64,000 nt of DNA from Polyangiaceae bacterium. Its GTDB lineage: Bacteria; Myxococcota_A; Polyangia; Polyangiales; Polyangiaceae. The position numbers and the translations under genes were made by a program. Below the pieces are notes generated by a model. The model saw nothing but the letters and a program-made list of their open reading frames with translations. It made no database searches and had not been told where the DNA came from. Below are positions 44,905-56,500 of the stretch, in pieces. The stretch's first letter is position 1. Each line of letters starts with the position of its first letter. Location: the NCBI GenBank assembly GCA_965222375.1, contig CBDCTZ010000013.1, forward strand, positions 512,001 through 576,000, given 5' to 3'.

Positions 44905-47352
44905 TTAAATCCCTTCCGGTCTGTAGGGGCCCGAGGGTGCGGGCGGGGGTGCCTCGGCATCGGGTGCTGGCTCCTGTGTTGGAGGCGCAGAGGCTTCGGG
45001 CTCAACGCCAGCGGAGGGTTTTGGGAACCCAAGCCAGCCCGATGGGACTTGGCGAACGGGCGCGCCCTGGGCCGCGGTCGGTTCGGTTGCTGGCGGGGCC
45101 GGGTCGGGATCTGTCGTTTCACCCGTCGCCGGGGCCGGCGGCGCGACGGCCGGTGACGGCGGCGCCGGCGGCGACGCCACCGGCGCGACCTCGTCGTCCG
45201 ACTTACGCACACTCAGACTGACGATGATGAAGACCAGGAGCGCCACAACGCCAAGGGCGAGCCACACTCCGTAACGGCCCCCAGGCGCAGTCTTGGCGGA
45301 CGGCGCGACCGGCGCTACGAGCTCGACGGGGCGCGACTGCGCGGCGGGAGCGGAGGTCGACACCTTTGGAGCCTCCGATGGTTCTTTTTTCTCGGAGGCA
45401 GCGCCACCTTCCGCCGCGGAGACCTGCGCTGGCACGTCCGAGCGGACTGATTTCGAAGCGGCTTGCTCAGCTTCGGTTTCTGGCATGACTAGGGTCATGC
45501 GATCGTGCACATCCCCTCCTGGCGCAGGTACGACGGGAGTCTTCAGCGCGGCTGGGCGCTTGGGAGGGTAGGCTCCGAGGGGCAGTGTGTCGTGCTTGCG
45601 CGCAGGCGCCGGGTCGGTCTTCGCCCGAGCCGATGCGACCAGACGCTCGCGTTCATCGGCGGGTAGCGACGGTGGAACACTGTCGAAGACGAATTCATCC
45701 TCCAGCCCTGGCGCCTTGGCACGGGCTGCGGCTGGCTCGGATTTCGCTTTGGGTGGAGCGGACTTCGCTGCTACTGTGGACGCGACAGACGCTGCCTTGG
45801 GTGCTGAAGATGCGGGCCTCGGCGCAGCAGACGCGGGGTTGGGCGCCGCAGATGCTGCCTTGGGCGCAGCGGACTTCGGGCGGACCGACGCCGTCTTGGG
45901 CTCGACGGACTTGGCCGTGAGCCCCGCGTCGGCCTTCGTCGCCCCAAAGGGGAGCGTGGCGTCGAACTTGATGGGCGCACCCGGCTTGAGAACACCCGGG
46001 GATGCCGCGGATGGCTGTTCCGACTCAGGCTTGGGCAGGGGTACGGACACGGGCCTGGGCGGGGGACGACTCCGGCGGACCGCGCGCTCGGATGCAGGAC
46101 GGAGGGCGGCACGTTGCGAAGGACGCTCGCGGCCCGTACCCTCGACCTCGATCGCGGGAAACTGAAGGGTAGACTTCTTGGAAGGCCCTGCGGCAAGCTC
46201 CGGCGACCCTGGAGCGTCGGGGCCGGGAACCTTGACCGGAGCCGGGGCTTTCTCGGAAGTTTCAGGAGTGGGAGGGGGGCTCGATGGCCGGCCCAAATCG
46301 TCCTCCACAGCACCTGCGAGAGTAAACTCGAGGATTTCCCGGCGCGCGTGGAGCCCTGGTCCCGCCAAGCGCTCCACGGTTGCCGCCACTTGCTGCGAAG
46401 TCGCAAACAGGCCGCGACCCATGCCAGCGATGACCACAGCGAGCTTGTCCAAGTTTGGGTACCGCTTGAGGGGATCCCTAAGCAGCATGTTGCGGAGCAT
46501 GTCCACGACCATGAAGGGCACCGACGCACTCTGCTCCGGAAGCCGATCCAGGGGCGTGATCGGTCCATGCATCAGCGAGTGCTCGATGGCGTCAGAGGCT
46601 TCTTCGACTTCTTCATGCAAGCGCGTCGCACTGCCGAATAGCGCGCGCCCCGCCATCATTTCCCAGGCCAACACGCCAGCAGAAAACACGTCGCAGCGAC
46701 CAGTCCCGCTCTGGCCGCGAGTTATTTGTTCTGGCGCACGGTACGGTAGAGCAGCCGTGTGTCGAAGCATGCTGGGGTGACGAGTGAGGGCGCCCACGAT
46801 CCCAACCTCCGTGACCAGGACGTCACCACCACTCGTCAAAATCACACCATCCGGCGACAGACCACCGTGGGTCACGCCACTCAGCTCTTTGTCCGCCGAC
46901 GCGACCATCTGAGACCATTGCTTGTGCGCGGCGCGCTGGGCCTCCACGATGTCGGCCAACACCGTGAGCGCAACAGGTGGCGAGATCGGACTCGTGCTCT
47001 TGGCCGCAAGCCGAAGCAGCGCGCCCAAGGACTCGCCTTCGGTGTACTCGCTGACGACCGTAAGGCGACCGGAATCGTCAACAACATCGAGCACCGGCGA
47101 GAGGTTCGGGTGTCGGATGACCATGGCGGTCACCGCTGCTCGGGTCAGCAGCTGCATCTCCGGAAGGCTCAAGTGCTCCGTTGGAAACTGACGCAGCGAG
47201 ACCAACCGCCCCGGTGAATCGCCCGTGACCGCAGAAGCGAGCCAGCGCCGGCCGAAGGCACAATCGAACTCGACGATGGCCTCGTACTGGCCGATCCGCC
47301 GCAACCCGCCAAGAGAGGGCGCCGATTTCGTCAGCTCAGGCAACGCCAACAC
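44905..47352 (-). CDS. Membrane pseudokinase (Ser/Thr kinase fold, catalytic motifs lost)
   Basis: HPNL, YRAPEQ and DVFSAG retained; VAIK>VSLR, HRD>HGG, DFG>EVG; long Pro/Ala linker and TM. Confidence 0.85.
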   Translation of the reverse strand: MLALPELTKSAPSLGGLRRIGQYEAIVEFDCAFGRRWLASAVTGDSPGRLVSLRQFPTEHLSLPEMQLLTRAAVTAMVIRHPNLSPVLDVVDDSGRLTVVSEYTEGESLGALLRLAAKSTSPISPPVALTVLADIVEAQRAAHKQWSQMVASADKELSGVTHGGLSPDGVILTSGGDVLVTEVGIVGALTRHPSMLRHTAALPYRAPEQITRGQSGTGRCDVFSAGVLAWEMMAGRALFGSATRLHEEVEEASDAIEHSLMHGPITPLDRLPEQSASVPFMVVDMLRNMLLRDPLKRYPNLDKLAVVIAGMGRGLFATSQQVAATVERLAGPGLHARREILEFTLAGAVEDDLGRPSSPPPTPETSEKAPAPVKVPGPDAPGSPELAAGPSKKSTLQFPAIEVEGTGRERPSQRAALRPASERAVRRSRPPPRPVSVPLPKPESEQPSAASPGVLKPGAPIKFDATLPFGATKADAGLTAKSVEPKTASVRPKSAAPKAASAAPNPASAAPRPASSAPKAASVASTVAAKSAPPKAKSEPAAARAKAPGLEDEFVFDSVPPSLPADERERLVASARAKTDPAPARKHDTLPLGAYPPKRPAALKTPVVPAPGGDVHDRMTLVMPETEAEQAASKSVRSDVPAQVSAAEGGAASEKKEPSEAPKVSTSAPAAQSRPVELVAPVAPSAKTAPGGRYGVWLALGVVALLVFIIVSLSVRKSDDEVAPVASPPAPPSPAVAPPAPATGETTDPDPAPPATEPTAAQGAPVRQVPSGWLGFPKPSAGVEPEASAPPTQEPAPDAEAPPPAPSGPYRPEGI

Positions 47353-47489
47353 CTTCGCCGATTTGGGCTAGAGGGCAATACGGAAACGGCGTAGTCGGGG
47401 TCACGGGCGCTCCCCTCCACGCTAGCAGAGAGCGACGCCACGCCCGAGCCAGGAGGCCAGCGCGCGGAAATTTCGCAGCCTCGGAGCGC

Positions 47490-48335
47490 TCACTCCGGGC
47501 GGGGCGCGGCAGCGAGTTCGGTCACCAGCCCAAAATGGTCCGAGGGCCAGATGCCTTCGGATTCTTTGCAGAACGCAAGTTCGGTCTTGAGGGGCTCGCC
47601 GCGGAACTTCCGATCGGGACCTCGCGAGAAGATGTAGTCGATGCGACGCGGCGGCTCGTGGGCCAACGCCGCAAAGCGGTTCTTGCGATCAAACGTGTAC
47701 CCGGGCGTTCCGTCGCCGGCGTAGATCCAGGCGTCGGCGAAGTACGCACTATTGCCTTCGATGCTCGCCAGGCCGCGCAGATAGCGGATCTCGTCCGAAT
47801 CCGGATCCGCGTTGAAGTCGCCCATCAGCACTGGCGGCAGTTTGCTCTCATCCACGGGGCATAGCTCAAAGATCGTGTCCACGATGAAGCGGACCTGGGC
47901 CAGGCGGTAGGTACCGTGGTGGAGCTTCCAGTTCAGGTGGGTGACGAAAGTGGGCAGCACGCCATGAGGCGTCTCTAGCTCCGCGAAGAGCAGCGACCGC
48001 GTTTCCCCACTTTCTCGACCTGGGAGAATGAACTGCCTTTGGCTCGAGATGGGAAACCGAGTCAGCACGGCATTTCCAAACATCAGCCCGCCCCCGTAGT
48101 CGGCCGCGGCCGCGAATGCCGAGTGAAGGCCGAAGCCCTCGCCTATCTCTGTGGCTTGGCAACGCTCCGCAGAGACGGCGTCGCTACCATCTTGTTGGAG
48201 CCGCAAGACCTCCTGCAATCCGAGAATATCCGGACGCAGGGTATCGAGCTCCTCCCGAATGCGCTTCACCCGTTCCGGCCAGGGGCCGGACTTGTTCCAA
48301 ATGTTGAGGCAAGCAACCTTGATGGTGTCGGTCAT
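47490..48335 (-). CDS. EEP family hydrolase
   Basis: LNIW, LQEV, GDFNA, RIDYI, SDH. Confidence 0.95.
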   Translation of the reverse strand: MTDTIKVACLNIWNKSGPWPERVKRIREELDTLRPDILGLQEVLRLQQDGSDAVSAERCQATEIGEGFGLHSAFAAAADYGGGLMFGNAVLTRFPISSQRQFILPGRESGETRSLLFAELETPHGVLPTFVTHLNWKLHHGTYRLAQVRFIVDTIFELCPVDESKLPPVLMGDFNADPDSDEIRYLRGLASIEGNSAYFADAWIYAGDGTPGYTFDRKNRFAALAHEPPRRIDYIFSRGPDRKFRGEPLKTELAFCKESEGIWPSDHFGLVTELAAAPRPE

Positions 48336-48393
48336 GGCTAGTGCTTCTCCTGCGCAGAAGGTTGCATCGCTCCAACCTCGATCGGCAATGGCA

Positions 48394-48972
48394 TCATGCC
48401 TCCTGCCAGGGTGGCTCGCGCTGCGCGCGCTCGCAAATGCGCTGATACACCCGGCGCGCGACGGGCAAGTCCATGTGGCGGAAATTCTTTTCGTTCTCCC
48501 AAAACTCGTGCAGATCCCCCCGCTTCGTGCGTTCGTAGACCAACACTTTGATCATCATTTGAATCTTGTCGGCCGCGCGCACGATGCGAGCCTCCAAGCT
48601 CTCGCCTGCCTCTGCTTGTCGCCAGGTTTCGAATAGCTCGTCGGGCAATAGTCCTTTGGCGATCTGCACTTCCAGCTGGTCTAAGGCCCGGGAAAGCTCG
48701 GGCGTCTTGCTCGGCATGGGCACGTCCCCGGTCTTTGCCTCGGGCGCGTCATGTAACACCGCCATGCGCAACACGCGCTCGCCGTCGACGCTCTGACCTT
48801 CTGCTCGCAGCGCATCCGTCAGCATCATGGCCACGAGCGTAACGCCGAGACAGTGGGCAGCGATGCTTTCGCAGGGCCGCACGCCGCGCAGCAACCAACC
48901 CGTGCGGGGCAACTCGCTCAGGCGATCCAATTGCATGACGGTGTCGATTATCTGGTCTTCGAGGTCAGGCAT
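48394..48972 (-). CDS. HD domain protein (YfbR/HDDC2-like 5'-deoxynucleotidase family)
   Basis: LPRTGW, ESIAAH, LHDAPEA.TGD, ADK. Confidence 0.92.
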   Translation of the reverse strand: MPDLEDQIIDTVMQLDRLSELPRTGWLLRGVRPCESIAAHCLGVTLVAMMLTDALRAEGQSVDGERVLRMAVLHDAPEAKTGDVPMPSKTPELSRALDQLEVQIAKGLLPDELFETWRQAEAGESLEARIVRAADKIQMMIKVLVYERTKRGDLHEFWENEKNFRHMDLPVARRVYQRICERAQREPPWQEA

Positions 48973-49072
48973 GTCCCGAGCAATGTGAGCACGACCACAA
49001 GCACACTCCAAGCTCCCATGGGTCCGCAGTTCGTGTTTGCGAAAGTTCGCCGACCGCGCATACTCTGAGCAG

Positions 49073-50452
49073 ATGTACTGGGCTCGCAGCATCAGTGTCT
49101 GCGCTCTGGCTCTGTCTTGCTCTGCGCAGGATGGGGGCGGCGTGGCTGCGGGGGATGCGGGCAGCCTGGATGGAGCTCGGCCGGACGCGACGGCCAAAGA
49201 CGGCGGCGGGCCCGACGGGGCGGGCGGCGCCGCACCCAACCTGCGCGACGATGGGAAACCGCCACCGTGGCGCTGGGACGAAATGGCAGCGCGCGTGATG
49301 GACAGCACCCGTCTGCAGAGCGCCTTGAGCGCCAACGGCAACGCCCCGCCCGCGGGTACGGAAATCTATGCCGCCCGGGTCGACGAAAACGCGCTCGGCC
49401 ATGGCTACGCGTTCTACGACTACGGCGCGGGAGCCTTCAGCCAAGCTTTTTGGCCCGCATCCACCATCAAGCTTCTCAGCTCCTTGGCCGCCCTGGACTG
49501 GGTGAAGAGCCAAGGCTTCACCGGGGCCGCGACGGTGAAGTGGCAGAGCGGTTTCTCCGACGTGATCCACAACATCGTCCGGCGCGCGATCCAGAAAAGC
49601 AGCAACGAAGACTACGATCGCACGGTCCGCATCGCTGGCTTTGACCAGCTCAACGCCGTCTGGCTCAGTCCCGAGCGCGGCTTTCCGACGACGGTCATCA
49701 AATCCAGCTACGCCGGCTTCGAGGTCAAGAACCCACCGGGCTACACCCTGAGCGAAGCGGGCAACTCGAAAATGATTCCCGCACGCGCGGCGACCGGTAG
49801 CTACCCCTGCAAGAGCGGCGGGAATAGCTGCGCCAACTTGTTCGAACTGACCGAAGCCGTACGCCGTGTCGTATGGCACGACCAGCTACCATCCCAGGAG
49901 CGTTTCGACCTCCCCGCCGCAGACCGCGCGGTCCTCGTGGACGCTTTGTGCACAGCTACGCCATCGTTCTTCGAAACCGGCGTGCAAGCTGCACTCGGCA
50001 GCGGCGCGCGCATCTGCCACAAGCCCGGCTGGGTGCCAAGCAACGACTCCCTGGACCACGGCGTGATTGAAGCCGCCGACGGTCGAAAGTTCTTGCTGGC
50101 GGCGGCAGTTCCGGATCCGGGGGACTCATCGTCCCAGGCCAAACTCGCAGGCATCGCCGAACACAGTCTGGCCGCACTGTCCGGGGCATCCGGCCAGACG
50201 TTTTACCTGCAACGCGACGCTGGCGCGGCCATCGTCGTCCAAGCAGACTCGTCGCAGCTCAGCATCTTCAGCGCCGGTGCGGATGAGATGGAGGTCTACT
50301 TCGACGGAACGCCATCGGCGGCTAGCCTCCAACCCGATGGCGTCTTCCAGGTCCAGGCCAGCCCCGGCGACTACGCGGGCAAGCTCGTCAGCCTGCGCGC
50401 CCTGAAGGGATCGACGTTGATCGCCGTACGCAACGTGGTGCTTGGGAGCTAG
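49073..50452 (+). CDS. Serine beta-lactamase/PBP-fold lipoprotein
   Basis: Lipobox ALSC; SxxK (ASTIK), SSN, HKPG. Confidence 0.8.
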   Translation: MYWARSISVCALALSCSAQDGGGVAAGDAGSLDGARPDATAKDGGGPDGAGGAAPNLRDDGKPPPWRWDEMAARVMDSTRLQSALSANGNAPPAGTEIYAARVDENALGHGYAFYDYGAGAFSQAFWPASTIKLLSSLAALDWVKSQGFTGAATVKWQSGFSDVIHNIVRRAIQKSSNEDYDRTVRIAGFDQLNAVWLSPERGFPTTVIKSSYAGFEVKNPPGYTLSEAGNSKMIPARAATGSYPCKSGGNSCANLFELTEAVRRVVWHDQLPSQERFDLPAADRAVLVDALCTATPSFFETGVQAALGSGARICHKPGWVPSNDSLDHGVIEAADGRKFLLAAAVPDPGDSSSQAKLAGIAEHSLAALSGASGQTFYLQRDAGAAIVVQADSSQLSIFSAGADEMEVYFDGTPSAASLQPDGVFQVQASPGDYAGKLVSLRALKGSTLIAVRNVVLGS

Positions 50453-50581
50453 CCGCGCCCACCTAGAGCAGGCGCAACCAAAGCCCGAGCCCCCATCAGG
50501 TGTCATGACAACCCGGGCCCAGAGTTTGTTAGCCTGCAGCCGGCGGGGCTGACGGCACGGACCCGCCCCTCAGGAGGCAAG

Positions 50582-53500
50582 GTGAAGCAAGCAAAAATGC
50601 TCTGGCTGGTCGTCGCTTCGGCGCTCGTGGTGGCATGCCCTGGTTCGCCGCCAGCGAAGGCCCCGACCCGAGCCAAGAGGACGCCGACGGCCAAGAAGGA
50701 GAGCGTTGCGTGGCGCCTCAGCAAGTCCGGTCTCGGCTTTCGACTCAGCAACGCCGATCCCGAACCTCTTGCCAAGTCTCGACTGGTCGAAGGCAAACCC
50801 CTGAATCGACTCGAACGCGGACGCGTCACCAAGCGCATGCCCAAGCTCATCGCCGCGAAGAAGAAGAGCTTCGCCTTGCGGGACAAGTCCATGCCTGCGC
50901 CCCGTCCGGGCAAGACCATCCGTACTGCGTTTCCTCCCAAGGTCCGAGCACCCGTTGGGCGCGTCGCCTCCAAAGAGCTGAAAGTCCTCCGCCACGCCCC
51001 GGAGGGTGACGTGTCTTTGGCGAAGAACGTCAGCGTCACTTTCTCGGAAGCGATGGTGCCGATCACTTCTCATGACGACCTGGCGAGCTTGCCGGTGCCG
51101 GTGAACATCGAGCCGAAGCCCCCAGGGAAGTTCCGCTGGATCGGGACTCAGACCGTGCTGTTCGAGGCCGAGGGCGAGCGCATGCCCATGTCCTCGAACT
51201 TCCGGATCACCATCCCCGCGGGCACGAAAGCTCAATCCGGCCAACGCTTGGGCCGAGCGCACAAGTTCTCCTTTTCGACGCCAACCCTGAGGATCGTGGA
51301 TCGCTATCCCGAGCGCTGGGGCGGCCCGACGGATCTCTCACCCCTGGTGTTTGCCGAGTTCAACCAACGGATCGACAAGACAACGCTGCTGTCGAGCTTT
51401 TCCGCCAGGGTGGACGGCAACACCCACCAGCTTCGCCTAGCCACCGAAGACGAAATCGAAAAGGACGAGGATGTGCGTGGCCTGGCCGCGCGCGCCGAAC
51501 CCGACCGTCACCTGGTGATGGTTCCTGTGCAGCCCCTGCCAAAGGCCTCAGCGGTCAAGGTGGAGCTCGCCGCCGGCGCGCGTTCCGCGGAAGGGCCAGT
51601 GCCCACGGAAAAGCCGCTGACCATCGACTTCCGAACCTATGGGCCGATGAAGATTTCCCGCGTGCGTTGCGGTTGGTACGGCAAGTGTCCGCCTCTCGCG
51701 CCCTGGACGATTCGCTTCACCAATCCCATCGAGGCTGACAAGTTCGAGGACTCCATGGTGACGGTAGAGCCGCCGCTAGATGGGATGAGGCTCAACGTCA
51801 GCGGCAACTCGATCAGTATTCGTGGTCGGAGCAAGGGACGCACCACATACAGGATTCGTGTCAGCGACAGGCTCGGCGACACTTTCGAGCAGACCCTCAC
51901 CGGGAAGCTCGAGCACGAGATCCAAGTCCACTCTGCAGAACCCATGCTCTTTTCAGAGCAGGATCCGATGATTGTGCTCGACCCTTTCTACAAGCGGGAG
52001 CTTCGGGTGTTCTCCGTGAACAGGCCCAGCTTGCGGGTGAAACTCTACGCCGTCAGCCCTGCCGACTGGCGGAAGTACCGCAAGTTCCGCCAGGACTGGG
52101 ATTGGGACGGCCGGCTGACCCGCCCGCCGGGGCGTTTGGTGCAAACCACCATGGTCAAGCCCCGCAAAGCGCCTGACGAGCTGGTCGAGACTCGCATCAG
52201 TCTCGCCCGCGCCCTCAAGGACGGGCTCGGCCAAGTGATCGCCATCGTTGAGCCGCCCAATCAACCGCGCCCCACCCGGCACCGCCGCTGGCGCGAGCGC
52301 GAGTGGGTTCGAATCTGGATCCAATCGACGAACATGGGGCTGTCCGCGTTCCGAGACCGAAAACGTGTGGCGGCCTTCGTGACGGATTTGAAGTCTGGAG
52401 CTCCTCAGAAAGGTGTTCGGCTCTCCATCCTCCCCACCGGCGCGTTGGCGAACTCCAACGCAGACGGTCTCGCAGACCTGGCCCTGAGGTCCAACGGAGA
52501 CATGCTGGTCGCCAAGCGCGGCCACGATAGGGTCTTCCTAGGAGGGAGCCGGCGCGAAATGACCGCTCGCGGCGGCTACGACCCCGTGCGTTGGATGGTC
52601 TTCGACGACCGAGGGCTCTACAAGCCCAAGGAGACCGTCAACGTCAAAGGTTGGGTGCGCGTTTCGACCGCAGGCCCCAAGGGTGACCTGGGGCGAATTC
52701 GCGACAGTTCGCGGCGCACCGTCAGCTGGGAGGCGGTCGAGCCCCGAGGTAATTCCATTGCGAAGGGCGACGCCCAGGTGGACGCCGACGGCGCGTTCCA
52801 CCTGAAGTTCAAGCTTCCGGATGCCGCAAACCTGGGTCGAGCCCGGGTCAAACTAAAGCTGTCGGGCCGAAGCGCCCGCTACACCCACCGCTTCCAGGTG
52901 GAAGAGTTCAAGCGCCCAGAGTTCGAGGTGAGCGCCGAAACGACCGAGGGCCCCTACTACGTTGGCAAGCACGCCATCGCGACCGTGAGCGCCGTGTACT
53001 ACGCCGGCGGCGGCCTGCCCGAGAGCAAGGTCAATTGGCGGGTCAAAGCCCAAGATGCGACCTTCACGCCGCCCAAACGCGACAGCTATCACTTCGGTAC
53101 TCGGCCCACCTACTTCTGGTGGAGCCGCGGGGACAAGGACGCCAATCGAAGCGTCAATGAGAGCTGGCGCTCGACGACCAATGCAGAGGGGCGCCACCGG
53201 TTGCGCGTCGACTTCGACGCCTTGGATCCCGCCTACCCTCGCATGCTGTCCTTCGAAGCCAACGTCACCGACGTGAGTCGGCAATCCTGGTCCGCGCGTA
53301 CGAAGATGCTCGTCCATCCCGCGAGCGTCACGGTCGGGCTCAAACAGGATAGCCGCATGGTCAGCGCCGGCAAACCCATCGTGCTGTCAGCCATCGTGAC
53401 CGACATCGACGGCAAGATGGCTCCAGGCCGGAGCGTGACGATCAAGAGCGAGCGCCTGGAGTTTTCTTGGCGTGGGCGCAAACGCCGGGAAAAGCGAACA

Positions 53501-56500
53501 CCTGGCCCGGGTTGCAACTTCACGAGTGGCGATGCAGCAGAACGTTGCGTCATCGATACCAAGCGCGGTGGCCAATATCGGATTACCGCCGTCGTAACCG
53601 ATAGCAACGGCCGCAAGAGCCACACCGAGCTCGATACCTGGGTGCTGTCGGACGACCCGGCGCTGGTGCCGAAGCTCGAAGGTGACAAGGTCGAGCTCAC
53701 GGCGGACAAGGACGAGTACGCCCCCGGCTCGACCGCCAAACTGCTCGTGACGTCGCCGTTTGCACCGGCCGAGGGCGTGTTGATTCTGGACCGCGACGGA
53801 ATCCTGTCGACAAAGCGGATTACCATCAAGAAGCGTGTCGAGACCCTCGCTGTGCCTTTGGACAAGGCCTGGGTGCCCGGTGTGGTTGTGCGAGTCCACC
53901 TAGTCGGCCATCGCAAGCGGGAAGACGAGCGAGGCCGGCCGTCTTCGTCGCTTCCGCCGCGACCCGCCATCGCTTCGGGGCGGCTCAGCCTCAAGATCCC
54001 ACCCATCGACCGCACCCTGGACATCGACGTCAAGCCCTTCAAGGAGGCGGTCGCGCCCGGTAGCAAGGCGAGCGTCTCGGTTTCGATCACCTCCCCGGAC
54101 GGTCGCCCAGCCAGCGGCGCCCATGTCGCCATGGTCGTGGTGGACGAGTCCGTCCTGGCCCTGGCCGGTTTCGCCACACCGGATCCGATCAGCGTGCTGT
54201 ATCCGACCCGGGGCGGCGCAGTGCGTGATTACGAAGCGCGGCTGCGCATCGCCCTTGGCGAGCCAGATCCGGCCGACTTCGAGATGAAGGCCAAAGAGAC
54301 GACGAAGAAGGAGGCCATGAAGTCCAGGCCTGGCGATCCCTTGTCCGGACTCAGCTTCAACGGCAGTGGCCGAGGCGGTGGAGGCAAAGTGGCAAGAGCA
54401 CCACGGGTGCGAATGGGCGCTGCGAACGCCAAGCCGAGTCCGAAGCCTGTCGCTTCGGCGCCGCCCGCGCCCCCCGGGGAGGCTGAAGCGCACTACGCGG
54501 CTCTACTCGACAAGGACGACAAGACGAAGGGGAGCAAACCCATCGCCGTCCGCAAGAACTTCAACCCCTTGGCCGCCTTCGTACCGCGCCTGAAAACCGA
54601 CGCCCGAGGCCGCGCAAGCACCAGCTTCCGATTGCCCGACAGCCTCACCCGCTATCGAGTGTACGCCGTTGCATCCCTCGGGGAGCGCTCCTTCGGCGCC
54701 GGCGAGAGCGCGTTGACGGCCCGCTTGCCGCTCATGGTCCGGACGCAAGCGCCTCGCTTCCTGAACTACGGTGACCGCTTCAAGTTGCCCATCGTGCTGC
54801 AGAACCAAACCGAAAAGCCCATGACCGTCGACCTCGTGGCGCGGGCGTCCAACGCGACGCTGATCGGCCCTCAGGGGTTCCGAGTCACCGTGCCCCCTGC
54901 AGATCGCATTGAAACGCGCTTCACCGTCACGACCCAATCCGCAGGCAAGGCGAAATTCCAGGTGGGCGCCGTCAGCCCCGCTGGCGCTGATGCCTCTACG
55001 GTCGAGTTGCCCGTCTGGACCCCCGCGACCACCGAGGCCTTTGCGACCTACGGCGAGATCGATCGCGGCAGCATCGCGCAGGTCGTGAAGGTCCCCAAGA
55101 ACGTCGTGCGACAGTTCGGAGCTTTGGAGCTCACGACCTCCTCGACAGCACTGCAGGGCCTGACGGACGCAATGCTGTATCTGCAACGCTATCCCTTCGA
55201 GTGCAACGAGCAGATCGCCAGCCGCATGATCAGCATCGCGGCATTGGAACCGGTGCTCGAGGCCTTCGAAGCCGCGGGGCTTCCGCCCAAGGCCGCGCTG
55301 AAAAAGAGCATGGCCGCGGACGTGAAGCGCTTGGCCGCCCGCCAGCACTACTCCGGTGGCTGGGACTACTGGCGACGAGACCGCCCGCCAAGCCCCTTCG
55401 TGAGCATTCACGTCACTCATGCCTTGCTCCGTTCCAAGGACCGAGGCTTTTCGGTTCCGCCGACCTTGCTGCGAGGCGGCCTCCGCTTCCTCAAGAACAT
55501 CCGCCGCCACATCCCGCGCAGATGGCATCCGGAAACCCAGCGCACCATCGAGTCCTACGCCCTCTACGTTCGACATCGCGCCAAAGACAGCGACGCCACC
55601 CGGGCGCGAGCTCTCGTCAACGAGGGGCGCGGGATCAAAGCACGCAGCCTAGATGCCCTCGGTTGGCTTCTGCCCATCCTGAGCAAAGACGAAGCGGCGA
55701 AACGCGAAGTCGAAACCATCCGCCGGCACCTCGACAACCGCATCACCGAGACGGCCGGGCGCGCTCATTGGGCCACCAGCTTCGACGACAGTCGCCACGT
55801 AACGCTCGGCTCCAGCCGCCGCACCGACGGGATCTTGCTCGAAGCCACCATCGACGACCGGCGCGACTTCGACGCCCTGCCCAAACTGGCTCGGGGACTA
55901 CTCGGTCACCGCAAGCGCGGGCACTGGGGCAGCACCCAAGAGAACGTATTCGTACTGCTTGGGCTCAGCCGCTACTTCGACGCTTTCGAAAAAGTCACGC
56001 CCAACTTCGTCGCGCGAGCCTGGCTCGGTAACCGTCTGGCGCTCGATCACGCCTTCCGCGGACGGAGCACAGATCGCAAGCACGCAGAGATCCCCCTTCG
56101 CCTGCTCGGCGGTCCCGGCGCAAAGAGCCGGATCGTGCTCAACAAAGATGGCGCCGGACGCCTCTACTACCGAATGGGCATGCAGTACGCCCCCGCCAAC
56201 CTGCGGCCACCCCCGGCCGAACACGGCTTTTCCGTCACTCGCACCTACGAAGCGGCAGACGACAGCGCCCAGGTCTCCCGGGACAAGACGGGAGTCTGGC
56301 GGGTGAAGGCCGGCTCCTTGGTGCGCATTCGCGTGTCCATGGTGGCTCCCGCGCGGCGCTACCACGTTGCGCTGGTCGACTGGATGCCCGCGGGCTTCGA
56401 GCCTTTGAACCCCGCCCTGGCGACGTCCCAGAGCGTACCCAAGGACCAGAAGAAGGACCCCAAGGTCCCGTGGTGGTGGTCCCGCGCTTGGTACGAGCAC

